Notes: generated by a model from the sequence alone, not told the origin. A stretch of DNA of 64,000 nt from Alphaproteobacteria bacterium (GCA_017470165.1 JAFUEX010000012.1:8149-72148); one strand, 5' to 3'. Counted from the first letter of the stretch, positions 17,972 through 28,408 are shown. Made by a program: numbers and translations.

Positions 17972-18583
17972 ATGAAAAGCATTGTTTCTGCAAAGAAAAA
18001 GAAAGAACGTCAATATGGCGTGATTTGGGGCAACCCCAACAGCTCGGTTGCCAAGAGAGAATATGCTCCCGGCCAACATGGTCAGCGTCGCAAGAAGCCG
18101 ACTGATTATGGTGAGCAATTGTCTGCCAAGCAAAAGTTGAAGACTTATTACGGCAACGTTTCGGAAAAGCAGTTCCACAAATATTATGTTGAGGCTATTC
18201 GTCGTTCGGGCGATGCGGCCGAGAACTTGGTCGGTATTTTGGAATCGCGTTTGGACAACATTGTTTACAAAGCAAAGTTTGTGCCGACTATTTTTGCGGC
18301 GCGTCAGTTTGTAAACCATGGACATATTTTGGTTAACGGCAAAAGAGTAAACATTCCCTCTTATATGCTTAAGGCCGGTGATGTGATTGAGGTAAAAGCT
18401 AAGTCTAAGCAATTGCCGATAGTTATCAGTGCGCTGGAGTCGAGTGCTCACGAGGTTCCGGCTTATGTTGAGCTGGATGCAAAAAAGGTTTCGGCCAAAT
18501 ACGGTTTTGTGCCGAAATTTGAAGATGTGCCTTATGCTTCGGTTATGCAACCCAATTTGGTTATTGAGTTCTACTCGAGATAG
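17972..18583 (+). CDS. rpsD: 30S ribosomal protein S4
   Basis: 203 aa with GQHGQRRKK...YG.QL..KQK and S4 domain [39 protein letters not shown]. Confidence 0.95.
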   Translation: MKSIVSAKKKKERQYGVIWGNPNSSVAKREYAPGQHGQRRKKPTDYGEQLSAKQKLKTYYGNVSEKQFHKYYVEAIRRSGDAAENLVGILESRLDNIVYKAKFVPTIFAARQFVNHGHILVNGKRVNIPSYMLKAGDVIEVKAKSKQLPIVISALESSAHEVPAYVELDAKKVSAKYGFVPKFEDVPYASVMQPNLVIEFYSR

Positions 18584-18600
18584 TAATCGACCGGCAATGG

Positions 18601-18645
18601 AAAAAATCCTCAGAAGTTGTGCAAACTCTGAGGATTTTTGTTTTA
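18601..18645 (+). terminator. rpsD intrinsic terminator
   Basis: aatcctcag...ctgaggatt followed by tttgtttt. Confidence 0.7.
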
Positions 18646-18714
18646 TATTGTCATAATATCGTTTATCTTGGGGCAGAGATGTATTTTTTTTTTGTAACAT
18701 AAGGTTGGAAAACA

Positions 18715-21471
18715 ATGGGCGATATACGAGTTGATGACGGAGATTTGCGAAAACAATCGGCAAAAAACCTGCAAAGAAGAAATCAGATGAAGAAAAAACG
18801 CGGATTTTGGCGATTTTGTTTTGATTTGATAATCAAGTCTTTGTTGTTGACATTGTTGCTGGCGACCGATTTTGCCTTGTTTGCCAATGCCGGAAATTAC
18901 AGCATTTTTACTACATTGGGATCGATTAATATTGAGGCGGTGCTGATTTTTGCGGGAATCGGCGCATTGAGTTTAGCAATAATGCTGTTATCAATGATAT
19001 TGTTGCCGTTGGATAATGTGGTATTGGCGGCGGCATTCGGCGCGATGGGAGTTGCTCTGATTAATCAGTTTGCCACTTTTGATAAAAATTCATTGTTGTT
19101 GATTTTGTTCGGCGAAGGTTTGAGCGATGATGTGAATGTATTATTGTACAAATATTCGGCTTTGATTATCGGCGGGGTATTGTTCCTGATATTTTATGTA
19201 TTGTTTAAGGTTCTCTCGAAGAAGCTGATGTTGGGGCTGACTTTGGTAATGGCCGGACTATGCGGCTGGGCATTGAGTGTGTCGTATTTTGATTCGGGGC
19301 GGCCGATATTCCGCAAGGTAAGTGACCGTCCTTTGAGTATTAATAATGAGACAGAAGGGCAAAATTTGGTATTTTTGGCCTTTAACCGTATGACTTCGCC
19401 AAATAATTTGGCCGATTTGCAGACATCTCAAGCAGCGATAAATGCAGAAAAGGCCTTTAACAATGCATTGGGTTTTTATGCCGACAACAAATTTAAGCTC
19501 TATCCCAATGCGGTGATTGACCGGAATCGAAGCGCCGCGGAGAATTTGTTTGCAATGTATAATCCGGAAAACCCCGATAGTGCCGGAAATAGCGCCGTGG
19601 TTGCGAAGGATAGTTATTTCGATTTGAGCCGGCTGCATTCGGAGGTGGCTTATTTGAGCAAAAGCTCGCTGATGGCCGGACTGAAAAAACAAGGGTTTGA
19701 TATTAATGTTTATCAGGTGAGCGATATCGGTATATGTCATTTGAGCGAGGTAGGCAATTGTGTGGAGAAGGTGGCTTATCCGCTGGCTTTTCCTTCCGAC
19801 AGGGTTACCTTAAAAGACAGGGTGATAGTCTTGGCCGCGCAATGGGTAGTGTCTATGGGGGTTGTTGATTCAGTCAATCCTTTGCTGGGGGTTATTCGCT
19901 ATGTAGCGGATGTTAAACCCTACAATTTTGAGGCTACCGAGGTTGATGTGATTAACTCTTTGAATATGCTGGATATGATTACGACTGATATCTCGCGCAA
20001 AGGGGGTAAGCAGGCTTATTTTGCCGTAGTGGATTTTCCATCGGAGACTTTTTTGTATGACGAGCACTGCGATATGAAGATTTTTGAGCAGTGGAACAGC
20101 AGCAAAACAGCCTATGTCTCGCTGACGACACGGCAAAATTCTTATTTGGAGCAAAGCAGTTGTCTGTATGGCTATTTGCAAAAGTTTATCAAACAACTGG
20201 ATAGTATTGATGAAGGGAATACTACGTTGATTATTGCCGGTATCAGCAATCCGACCGAGCTGATAAGTATGGCAAAGAGTGATAATTTATATCAAACCAT
20301 CAAACCTCAGCTGAGCGGGTTGGCAATTCGCTCGCCGAAGTCAAAGATCTTTGCTGCGGATTATTCGGTGTGCACGACAGCGCAATTGCTGGATGCATAT
20401 TTTAACAATCGCAAGGGATGTCGTGAGTTTGCCTTTGTCAAGGAGAGCGATAAGAAAATTAATGCGGCTAAGGCAGAAGCGGCTCAAGCCAAATTCAGCG
20501 ATGATATAATAAGCAAAGCCAAAGCCGCTTTTAAGACTTGGTTTTCCGGTTGGGCTCACGCTAACGGTTATAAAGAGTCAATCGGCCGACCGGTGGAGAT
20601 AAAGGCTGCATCGGCTGTAATGCCGGAGGATGAGGCAACCGCCGCAGCACCGGCGGCAGAAGAGATAGTTGAGGATGCGAGGATGCCTCAGTCAGCAGAA
20701 ATGCCGCAAGTAAATCAATCTGAGGCTGAGGAGGTGTTGAACGCACCGGAGACTGAGGCGGCTGATGACGAGCCGGTTTTGGTTGATGCCGCAGGCGAGG
20801 TTATACCGGAAACGTTGTTTGACAACGGGTTGGACCCGAAGTTTAAGGTTGAGGAAGTAAAAGAGGTAATTAAGGAAGAGGCTGCGGCTTCGGCGATAAA
20901 CGATATGCCAGCAATGGTGGAGGAACTGCCGGAAATTCCGAGTAATTTGGAAAATATGGCCGCCGCCGCATCTGGTTCGGCCGAGGCGGGGGAGGCTCCG
21001 GCTGCTGAGCCGAAAACAGTTGACAATGATGATGATACAGCGCCGACGATTTTGGTACCTCTTACCACGACAACCCCCGAGCCGGAGGTCGATAATCCTA
21101 AGCAGGGATATGATTTAAACGCGGCGATTTTGGAGGCTAAACGCAAGGCACAGATGAGCGCGCAAGAATTGGCATCGGAAAAGGCTGAGCAAGTGGCAAA
21201 ACAACAAGCGGAGGCTCTGCAGAACATCGGTGATAAAGCTGAGAGGGTTAACGAGACTGTCAAGCAGCAAACTCAGTCATTGAACGAAGCCAAGGCGGCA
21301 GCCGCAGCAGCCAAAAAAGCAGCTGAGGACAAAGCTGCAGCCGAAGCCGAGAAACAAAAGGAAGAGTTGAAGAAGATTTTGGTAGCGCCGCAAACCAACG
21401 GACAAAAACTGTCCCCCGAAGAGTTGAAGAAGCAATATCATAAGATGTTGTCCGAAGGATATAATAAGTAA
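18715..21471 (+). CDS. large membrane protein: N-terminal multi-TM region, central extracytoplasmic domain, about 300-aa acidic Ala/Glu/Pro-rich tail
   Basis: 918-aa ORF with hydrophobic segments in residues about 30-200. The low-complexity tail starts near residue 630. The start could instead be MKKKRGFW at 18787. No family confidently recognised. Confidence 0.7.
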   Translation: MGDIRVDDGDLRKQSAKNLQRRNQMKKKRGFWRFCFDLIIKSLLLTLLLATDFALFANAGNYSIFTTLGSINIEAVLIFAGIGALSLAIMLLSMILLPLDNVVLAAAFGAMGVALINQFATFDKNSLLLILFGEGLSDDVNVLLYKYSALIIGGVLFLIFYVLFKVLSKKLMLGLTLVMAGLCGWALSVSYFDSGRPIFRKVSDRPLSINNETEGQNLVFLAFNRMTSPNNLADLQTSQAAINAEKAFNNALGFYADNKFKLYPNAVIDRNRSAAENLFAMYNPENPDSAGNSAVVAKDSYFDLSRLHSEVAYLSKSSLMAGLKKQGFDINVYQVSDIGICHLSEVGNCVEKVAYPLAFPSDRVTLKDRVIVLAAQWVVSMGVVDSVNPLLGVIRYVADVKPYNFEATEVDVINSLNMLDMITTDISRKGGKQAYFAVVDFPSETFLYDEHCDMKIFEQWNSSKTAYVSLTTRQNSYLEQSSCLYGYLQKFIKQLDSIDEGNTTLIIAGISNPTELISMAKSDNLYQTIKPQLSGLAIRSPKSKIFAADYSVCTTAQLLDAYFNNRKGCREFAFVKESDKKINAAKAEAAQAKFSDDIISKAKAAFKTWFSGWAHANGYKESIGRPVEIKAASAVMPEDEATAAAPAAEEIVEDARMPQSAEMPQVNQSEAEEVLNAPETEAADDEPVLVDAAGEVIPETLFDNGLDPKFKVEEVKEVIKEEAAASAINDMPAMVEELPEIPSNLENMAAAASGSAEAGEAPAAEPKTVDNDDDTAPTILVPLTTTTPEPEVDNPKQGYDLNAAILEAKRKAQMSAQELASEKAEQVAKQQAEALQNIGDKAERVNETVKQQTQSLNEAKAAAAAAKKAAEDKAAAEAEKQKEELKKILVAPQTNGQKLSPEELKKQYHKMLSEGYNK

Positions 21472-21494
21472 TAACAATCGATTAAGAGATTAAG

Positions 21495-22520
21495 TTGAAG
21501 TTGTTTGGCGGAAATTTACAACGCAAATGGCAACGGTTTGATAAAAACCGCCGCGCTAAGTATTCGCTGATAATTTTGGGGGTAATTCTGCTGTTGAGTT
21601 TGTTAGCGGAAGTTATTGCCAACGACAAACCGTTACTTTTGAGCTATCAGGGAAAAATCTATCTGCCTTGGCTGGTGGAATATCAAGAAACCGAGTTTGG
21701 CGGCGATTTTCCGACGGCGGCGGATTATAAAGACCCGTATATTGCCGAAAATATTAATAATAACGGATGGATGGTGTTTCCGGTTATTCCTTTCTCGTTT
21801 AACAGTGTGGACTATGATATTGATAAACCTACGCCTTCGGCACCGGATAACAGACATTGGCTGGGAACAGATGATGAGGGAAGGGATGTGCTGGCCAGAA
21901 TTTTATACGGGTTGCGACTATCGATATTTTTTGCATTTTTGCTGACGTTGCTGTCATCAGCTATTGGGATTATGGTGGGAGCAGTGCAGGGATATTGGGG
22001 CGGCAAAACCGACATAATCATCCAAAGATTGTTGGAAATATGGGATTCCCTGCCTCAGTTGTTTATATTGATTATTGTGGCCAGTATTTTTGAGCCTGAT
22101 TTTTGGACATTGTTGGTAATTATGCTGTTTTTCAGTTGGACATCATTGACCGGTGTGGTGCGTGCGGAGTTTTTGCGAGTGCGGAATTTTGAATTTGTAA
22201 AAGCGGCCAAAGTGTTGGGAGCAGGGGATTTGCGGATAGTGTTCCGACATATTCTGCCCAATGCGTTGGTATCATCAATAACCTTTATCCCGTTTATTAT
22301 GTCGGAGGCGATTGTGGCGCTGACCGCGTTGGATTTTTTGGGCTTAGGTTTGGGGCATGAATATCCGTCGTTGGGTGATTTGGTGCGGCAGGGAAAGGAT
22401 AACCTGCAGTCGCCGTGGATAGGTATATCCATATTTACGGTGTTGGCAGCTGTGCTGAGTATGCTGATTTTTGTCGGCGAAGGGGTGCGCGATGCTTTTG
22501 ATACACGGAGAAAAAGCTGA
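21495..22520 (+). CDS. yejE: ABC peptide/microcin-type transporter permease, YejE/OppC family
   Basis: The TTG start has aagag upstream. The N-terminus reads [16 protein letters not shown]...[13 protein letters not shown], as in YejE. An EAA-loop-like [22 protein letters not shown] is present. Confidence 0.85.
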   Translation: MKLFGGNLQRKWQRFDKNRRAKYSLIILGVILLLSLLAEVIANDKPLLLSYQGKIYLPWLVEYQETEFGGDFPTAADYKDPYIAENINNNGWMVFPVIPFSFNSVDYDIDKPTPSAPDNRHWLGTDDEGRDVLARILYGLRLSIFFAFLLTLLSSAIGIMVGAVQGYWGGKTDIIIQRLLEIWDSLPQLFILIIVASIFEPDFWTLLVIMLFFSWTSLTGVVRAEFLRVRNFEFVKAAKVLGAGDLRIVFRHILPNALVSSITFIPFIMSEAIVALTALDFLGLGLGHEYPSLGDLVRQGKDNLQSPWIGISIFTVLAAVLSMLIFVGEGVRDAFDTRRKS

Positions 22521-24133
22521 TGGCTTTGTTAGAAATCAGAAAACTTACCATCGGTTTCAGACATGAAGATGGCGGCAAGTACAGCGTGGTTAAAAATGTT
22601 AATCTGGAGCTGAACCGCGGCGAGGTGCTGGGAATTGTCGGAGAATCCGGCTCGGGGAAATCGTTGACCGCTTTGTCGATTGTGGGGTTGCTGCCTTATC
22701 CCAAGGCTTATCACGGTAAGGAGAGCTCAATTAAGTTTTCCGGGGTGGAACTGTTGGATAATCGCAGCCTCAATGAAATACGCGGACAAAAGATTGGGTT
22801 TGTGTTTCAAGAGCCGATGTCCAGTCTTAATCCGTTGCACAAAATCGGCGACCAGATTGCCGAAAATCTGTTGGTTCATCAAAAAATGAGCAAAAAAGCC
22901 TCTTTAAGCGAGGCAATTAACCTATTGAAATTAACCGGAATTAAAGATGCTGAACATAAAATTAATGCTTATCCGCACGAGCTTTCCGGCGGGCAGCGGC
23001 AGCGGGTGGTGATTGCGATGGCGGTAGCCAATCGACCGGATATTTTAATATTGGATGAGCCGACAACCGCGTTGGATGTAACGATTGCCGCGCAGATATT
23101 GGAGTTGTTGAAGAAACTCAAGCGGCAGATGAATATGTCATTTATATTTATCAGTCATGACTTGAATATTATTCGCCGGATTTGCGATAGAGTGGCGGTG
23201 ATGCGCAACGGCAAGATAATAGAGCAGGGGAAAGTTGAAGATATTTTCGAACATCCCGAGAATAGTTATACCAAAAGTTTGATTTATTCATCTAATTTAT
23301 TGAAAAAAAACAATAATATTAAATCAGGTTTTGTCTTAACCGCTCGCGGACTGAAGGTGAAATTTCCCTTAAAAAAAAGTTTTTGGGGAAGAGTTACCGA
23401 ATATTTTTATGCTGTGGATGGGGTTTCTTTTAAGTTAAAGAAAGGCAAGACGCTGGGGGTAGTAGGTGAATCCGGTTCAGGGAAAACCACTTTGGCACAT
23501 ACTTTGATGCAACTGGTTGATTTTGATGGAAAAATTGCTATTGAAGGAAAAGATATTCGGCAGATGACACGATTGGAGTTGGCTAAAAAAGTGCAAATCG
23601 TATTCCAAGATCCATTCAACTCGCTTAATCCGCGGATGACTGCGGGCGAAATTATCGGTGAGGGGTTGAAAATTCATCATAAAAATATGGCCTCGGATGA
23701 ACAAAAAAACATAGTCGGGCGTTTGTTGAAAGAAGTTGGATTGAAAGATGATGCCTTTGATAAATATCCTCACGAGTTTTCGGGAGGACAAAGGCAGAGA
23801 ATTGCCATTGCTCGGGCTTTGGCGGTTGAGCCGGATATTTTGATATTGGATGAGCCGACAACCGCGTTGGATGTAACAATTGCTGCGCAAATTATAAAAT
23901 TATTGCAGAAAATTCAAAGAGAAAGAGAGCTTTCTTATTTGTTTATATCTCATGATATGCGAGCGGTCAGGGCTTTGGCTGACGATATCGCGGTGATGAA
24001 GGACGGAAAAATCGTGGAGATGAACAATGCGCAGCAACTATTTAAAAAACCGCAACATAGTTACACAAAATATTTGATTGAAGCCAGCGCTGACAAAAAA
24101 TCTAGTCATCAAGCCACGAAACGAGTTGGTTGA
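22520..24133 (+). CDS. yejF: ABC transporter ATP-binding protein with duplicated ATPase domains (YejF-like)
   Basis: It has two Walker A motifs ([16 protein letters not shown]) and two signatures ([16 protein letters not shown]). Its start overlaps the yejE stop (TGATG). Confidence 0.9.
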   Translation: MALLEIRKLTIGFRHEDGGKYSVVKNVNLELNRGEVLGIVGESGSGKSLTALSIVGLLPYPKAYHGKESSIKFSGVELLDNRSLNEIRGQKIGFVFQEPMSSLNPLHKIGDQIAENLLVHQKMSKKASLSEAINLLKLTGIKDAEHKINAYPHELSGGQRQRVVIAMAVANRPDILILDEPTTALDVTIAAQILELLKKLKRQMNMSFIFISHDLNIIRRICDRVAVMRNGKIIEQGKVEDIFEHPENSYTKSLIYSSNLLKKNNNIKSGFVLTARGLKVKFPLKKSFWGRVTEYFYAVDGVSFKLKKGKTLGVVGESGSGKTTLAHTLMQLVDFDGKIAIEGKDIRQMTRLELAKKVQIVFQDPFNSLNPRMTAGEIIGEGLKIHHKNMASDEQKNIVGRLLKEVGLKDDAFDKYPHEFSGGQRQRIAIARALAVEPDILILDEPTTALDVTIAAQIIKLLQKIQRERELSYLFISHDMRAVRALADDIAVMKDGKIVEMNNAQQLFKKPQHSYTKYLIEASADKKSSHQATKRVG

Positions 24134-24890
24134 ATGACATTGCCAAATCTTCGGGATGGGTAGTTGTCGGACAAAGCGAAAAAATAGTGTAACTATCGGC
24201 AATTTTATCTTGCAAAAACTGAGCAAAATCAACATTTCCTTCACCTAAAACAACATATCTCTTAAGCTCGGCATCATAATCCGAAAGATGAAAATAATGA
24301 CAAGTGTTGATAATATCTTGTAATTCCTGAGGGGTAAAATCATCTTCAGAAGCGATGATTTTTCCCGTATTAAGCAAAGGATGAATATTGGAAAAATTAT
24401 AATTTTCAAATAGTTGGTGAATTTTATTAATGTTGGATATTGTGCAGTTTGCATTAATATTGAGTTGGAGACCGATACCGCGCTCCAAAGCCATTTGGCT
24501 ATATTTATCCAAATCATCACCCAGTGCGCTAATTTCCAAATGTGAGCTTTGCAGATAAGAATAAATGCTGATATTCTGAGCGCCGAGAATATCGGCAACA
24601 TCCATCAGTTTGATGAAATAGTCTTCTTGTGAATCAACAACTTGCCCCATAATGGAAAAGTTTTTCTCACCTTGAGGCCAATACAAGAACGGGGAATTTA
24701 TCTGAGAGACCAAAACACCGGCCTGAGCTATCTTATGCGAAATTGCCGCAAGCTCGGAAGCTGTAAAATCAATGATGTTTTTGCCGTCAAGCGTGCGGAG
24801 TTCGATATAGCGGAATTGGTTTTTGCGCGCAAAACTAAGTGCATCATCTATAGAGGCGGAATATTCGTCATTAATAAAACTGATGTCCAT
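24102..24890 (-). CDS. sugar phosphate isomerase/epimerase (xylose-isomerase-like TIM barrel) family protein
   Basis: 262 aa whose general pattern matches the AP_endonuc_2/TIM family (FRYIELR..., ...LSDYD...VLGEGNVDF). Its 3' end overlaps the yejF 3' end by 32 nt. Confidence 0.6.
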   Translation of the reverse strand: MDISFINDEYSASIDDALSFARKNQFRYIELRTLDGKNIIDFTASELAAISHKIAQAGVLVSQINSPFLYWPQGEKNFSIMGQVVDSQEDYFIKLMDVADILGAQNISIYSYLQSSHLEISALGDDLDKYSQMALERGIGLQLNINANCTISNINKIHQLFENYNFSNIHPLLNTGKIIASEDDFTPQELQDIINTCHYFHLSDYDAELKRYVVLGEGNVDFAQFLQDKIADSYTIFSLCPTTTHPEDLAMSFNQLVSWLDD

Positions 24891-25159
24891 TATATTTATG
24901 TCCCGATGTTGAAGAAATATGATGCCGATTATTATGCTAATTTGTTATGAAAATCAAGCAAAATATTTTATCGATATTTAAGTTTTTTGTTTTCCTTGAG
25001 TCAACATAATATGCATTATGCGACATTTTTGATATGGGGTGATGTAACCCACCCTCTAACGATATTTAAAAAACGTCACCTTGAACTATCCTCTAAGCAA
25101 GTTTGGACAGTTCATAATGGTGGCGGATTTTTTTTATTTAAATCAATATAAATGTTTTT

Positions 25160-26113
25160 TTAGTTGCGCCCGTACTTTTCTCTAAACAGCTGCAAGTTAG
25201 GTAGATGCTTGTTGAAATTGGTATCCTGCTGAGGAATATACAGTCCGCGGTTTTGGGTGAATTTGATAAATTTTCCGCGCTGTTCGGCCACTTCGCTTTT
25301 CTGATAATCCGGAGCCTTGCGTTCTTGCATACTCTGCTCAACATTATCCCACAAGGTGTCTATATAAGCCAAAGTGGTTTTATAAATATAACTTTCGCGA
25401 CACTTATTAAGTGCAGCCTTGATACCGGCGCCGGTGGGATTGGCGGTGTGTTCGGTATCATAAAATTCTTTAAATTTGCGATTGACCACCCTTACCCTAT
25501 CGGCATTGCCGGCTTCGTACATTTGCGCCACCACCTCGGGCAGGAGCTCATAAGCCTTATCATGATGCGTTACCGTGACCGGAAAACCATCTTTCCCTGC
25601 CCTAATTTGAGCCTCGCGACGGTAATACATTGAGACCATACTTAAGACTTCCGGCACACCGATAACCACACACTCAATCTTATATCCGTGTTCTTTGGCG
25701 CGCATAATGGTGCCCATTTTATAATCATTGGGGCTGGAGAGGATGGTGTCGACTTGGATGTTATAGCCGTTTTTCATACAATCATCGACCAAACGTTCTC
25801 GTGCCCAAGACATATCCGGCTTGGAGATAAACAGATATTCTTCGGGGTTGTCGCGCCACAGCTGAGTAGCATAAGGCAGAGTTTCCCTTATCTCATCGCC
25901 GCTGAAGCGGGCGGGATGAGTGTCGGCCTCTTGAGCTAATATTTTGGCGGTAGTGGTTTTTCCGGCGCCGGACTGAGCGGTAATCAGAGTGAAAGTCGGA
26001 TGCTTGCTCGGTTTGATGCCGTCAAGAAAGTTGGTTACCACTGTCGTGTTGTACCAATCTTCACGCTCCTGTTCGGTTAAGGGATAGGTTATCGGGCTAG
26101 GATTTGCGGTCAT
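25160..26113 (-). CDS. zeta-toxin-family P-loop kinase (PezT/zeta-like) with a C-terminal extension
   Basis: Walker A is TAQSGAGKTT, followed by GDEIRETLPY (the DxxR region of zeta) and then NIQVDTIL and VVIGVPEVLSMVSMYYRRE. At 317 aa it is longer than the typical zeta core. Confidence 0.7.
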   Translation of the reverse strand: MTANPSPITYPLTEQEREDWYNTTVVTNFLDGIKPSKHPTFTLITAQSGAGKTTTAKILAQEADTHPARFSGDEIRETLPYATQLWRDNPEEYLFISKPDMSWARERLVDDCMKNGYNIQVDTILSSPNDYKMGTIMRAKEHGYKIECVVIGVPEVLSMVSMYYRREAQIRAGKDGFPVTVTHHDKAYELLPEVVAQMYEAGNADRVRVVNRKFKEFYDTEHTANPTGAGIKAALNKCRESYIYKTTLAYIDTLWDNVEQSMQERKAPDYQKSEVAEQRGKFIKFTQNRGLYIPQQDTNFNKHLPNLQLFREKYGRN

Positions 26114-26375
26114 AGTGTTTGTGCTCCATTTGTTTTAATAAAGGGGTATAAAGTTTTTCGACTTTGTTGAGCAGCTGCGGGTGCTCCAAATGCTTCATAT
26201 CTTCTTTGATTGCTCGCATTTTGGCCAAACATTCTTGCTTGGGTGCTAAATTCTGCAACATTTCAATCGAATATTCGCGATAGAGTGATAACATCACAAA
26301 ATAGGCGTGTTCCAGCTCAATGTCGTGGTCTTCCTCTTTAATCATCGCGGCTATATCATCTCGATAATCTGCCAT
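26097..26375 (-). CDS. small helical acidic protein, candidate epsilon-like antitoxin
   Basis: 92 aa, directly upstream of the zeta-like gene and overlapping it by 17 nt. There is no recognisable motif, so the call rests on position and size. Confidence 0.45.
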   Translation of the reverse strand: MADYRDDIAAMIKEEDHDIELEHAYFVMLSLYREYSIEMLQNLAPKQECLAKMRAIKEDMKHLEHPQLLNKVEKLYTPLLKQMEHKHYDRKS

Positions 26376-26938
26376 TGGTCATTATCCTTGCGCAAGTGCA
26401 AAATTGCACCGTTTTTAACATCTTGAGACGGAGTGTTCAAAGCCCCCATAATCTGCGTTATGGCGATACCATGCGAAGATATGGCAATGGTTTTATATTT
26501 ATTATCATTAGCCCAACGGTTCAAGCCGGCCCAAATGCGTTGTCTTACCTGACGCTGGGTTTCGCCTTGGGGATAGCACACGTCAAACCCCTCCCCTTCG
26601 TGGGGCGAATGCAGTTTTTCAAATATCTCGCGGTAACGGTTTAATATCTCGGTATAGTGCATTCCTTCAACCACCCCGACATTAACCTCAATAAAATCAT
26701 TGTCGGTAACCAGCGGGACTTTGAGCGACTGGTTGGCCAAGGTTGCGGTTTGTACGGCACGCTGCAGCGGCGAAGTGGCAATGAGCTCGACCCCCTTGTC
26801 TTGCAATTTTTGCCCGATGGACAAGGCCTGCTCTTCTCCCAGCGGGGTAAGCACCGAATCATTGGTTTGCCCTTGGGTGCGGCCGGCCAGATTGTAAGTG
26901 CTCTGTCCGTGACGAAAAACATAAAAGTCTTTAGTCAT
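26351..26938 (-). CDS. histidine phosphatase superfamily protein (phosphoglycerate-mutase-like)
   Basis: The RHG motif appears at the N-terminus (FYVFRHGQSTYN), with a later SSHG. I prefer the ATG at 26938 (ATGACTAA overlap with pip) over the ORF-track start at 27055. Confidence 0.8.
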   Translation of the reverse strand: MTKDFYVFRHGQSTYNLAGRTQGQTNDSVLTPLGEEQALSIGQKLQDKGVELIATSPLQRAVQTATLANQSLKVPLVTDNDFIEVNVGVVEGMHYTEILNRYREIFEKLHSPHEGEGFDVCYPQGETQRQVRQRIWAGLNRWANDNKYKTIAISSHGIAITQIMGALNTPSQDVKNGAILHLRKDNDQWQIIEMI

Positions 26939-27854
26939 ACAGCTCCTCCTTAAAATAACGACGAATGGTGCGCTGCAACAGCTTGCCGACATGGCCGAAT
27001 TCCGGCACGATAACCAATGTGGATTTATTGAGTGAGCGGTGCAAATCATAAGCACCTTTGAACGGACAAACCATATCCAAGCGGTTGTGAATTATCAAGA
27101 CGGGGATATCTTTGAGCTTTCTAGAAGCATCCAAAATATTGTTACTGCCGAGAAAAAATTTGTGGGCAGCATAATGCATATAAATACGATTGCCGGCCAA
27201 TTGTTCGGGGCTTATCTCACTAAAAGAGGCAAACTTCGGGGTTAAACTGCAACAAATGCGCTCGAACCAACCGTAATGATTCACAGCGTCCAATTGCTTG
27301 GATTGCTCATCTGATTGAATAAGGCGGTTGTAATAGCCGGTGATATCATCTTGAGAGGCATGGTTCATCTGCTCGATAAACTCCGGATAAAAATAAGCAG
27401 CGTCGTCAAGCTCCCAGCGGCGCGCCTCGTCATTGGCCAAAAATATTTGTGACAGCAGTAGTTTTTCCACGCGCTCGGGGTGCTTTTGCGCCCAAAGCAA
27501 GGCCAAAGTTGAGCCCCACGATGCTCCTTGGAGCACGATTTTGCCATTTATTTTAAGATGCTCCAGCAAACGGGAGATATCTTCCAACAGGTCGGAAGTG
27601 GTGTTATTGTCAGTTTTGCCCAAAGGCAGAGACTGGCCGCAGCCGCGTTGGTCAAACATAATCACCCGATAGCGCCGGAGGTTGGCCAACTTAGCCTTTG
27701 GAGCGCGGTGTGAGCCGCCGGGGCCGCCGTGGAGCATCAGTAAAGGTTTGCCTTGAGGGTTGCCGAACTCGGTATAATAGACCAAATGACCGTCAGCCTC
27801 GGGCAAGTATCCGCTGTTAAAGGGCTTGGAAACAAATAAATTGCGCCAAAACAT
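26931..27854 (-). CDS. pip: proline iminopeptidase (alpha/beta hydrolase)
   Basis: It has HGGPGG, DQRGCGQS and the nucleophile elbow GASWGSTL. The ATG at 27854 overlaps the queH stop (TGATG). Confidence 0.85.
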   Translation of the reverse strand: MFWRNLFVSKPFNSGYLPEADGHLVYYTEFGNPQGKPLLMLHGGPGGSHRAPKAKLANLRRYRVIMFDQRGCGQSLPLGKTDNNTTSDLLEDISRLLEHLKINGKIVLQGASWGSTLALLWAQKHPERVEKLLLSQIFLANDEARRWELDDAAYFYPEFIEQMNHASQDDITGYYNRLIQSDEQSKQLDAVNHYGWFERICCSLTPKFASFSEISPEQLAGNRIYMHYAAHKFFLGSNNILDASRKLKDIPVLIIHNRLDMVCPFKGAYDLHRSLNKSTLVIVPEFGHVGKLLQRTIRRYFKEELYD

Positions 27855-28408
27855 CAATTATCTCCTAATGAGGGTGAAACAACCTTATGCGGGCGACAAC
27901 CGCAATAAGTCTGATTGTACAAATTCAGTTCTTTAATCAAACGCATACGCGCCTCTTGCCGACCGCCTTTGCGTGCCTCGATTTCCAGATAAGGCAGTCC
28001 GGCGCGCTCAGCCTCCTGATGTGCAATGCGATTTACTTGAGCCAAATCTTTATAGCGCGAGACACCAAGCACACTGGCAACCGCATCATAACCGTTAGCA
28101 GCAGCGTATTCAAAAGCACGTCTTAAGCGCAGGCCAAAACAAATTGAGCAACGTTCGCCGCGCTCCGGCAAGTCTTCCAAACCGGCAACCGCCTCACACC
28201 AACGATGGTTGTCATATTCAAGTTCGATAAACGGCACCCCAAACAGACGACAAACTCTACGGTTTTCTTCACATCTTTTTTGATATTCAGCCTGCGGGCG
28301 GATGTTGGGATTGTAAAACAAAACGGCAAAATCCGCAGCGGATTTTGCAAGCTCCTTTATAACCGCGCAGGAGCAAGGCGCACAACAAGACAGCAATAAA
28401 AAGCGCAT
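27854..28408 (-). CDS. queH: epoxyqueuosine reductase QueH (DUF208)
   Basis: It has LLLSCCAPCS, FYNPNIRP, RCSICF and QTYCGC, matching the QueH Cys pattern. Confidence 0.8.
   Translation of the reverse strand: MRFLLLSCCAPCSCAVIKELAKSAADFAVLFYNPNIRPQAEYQKRCEENRRVCRLFGVPFIELEYDNHRWCEAVAGLEDLPERGERCSICFGLRLRRAFEYAAANGYDAVASVLGVSRYKDLAQVNRIAHQEAERAGLPYLEIEARKGGRQEARMRLIKELNLYNQTYCGCRPHKVVSPSLGDN

Noticed and set aside
24891-25159. The 269-bp spacer between the isomerase gene start and the zeta-like gene end, considered for an sRNA or riboswitch.
   Set aside because: Only short weak hairpins are present (cataat-atgc-attatg and gggtg...caccc). I found no terminator-like structure or conserved motif.
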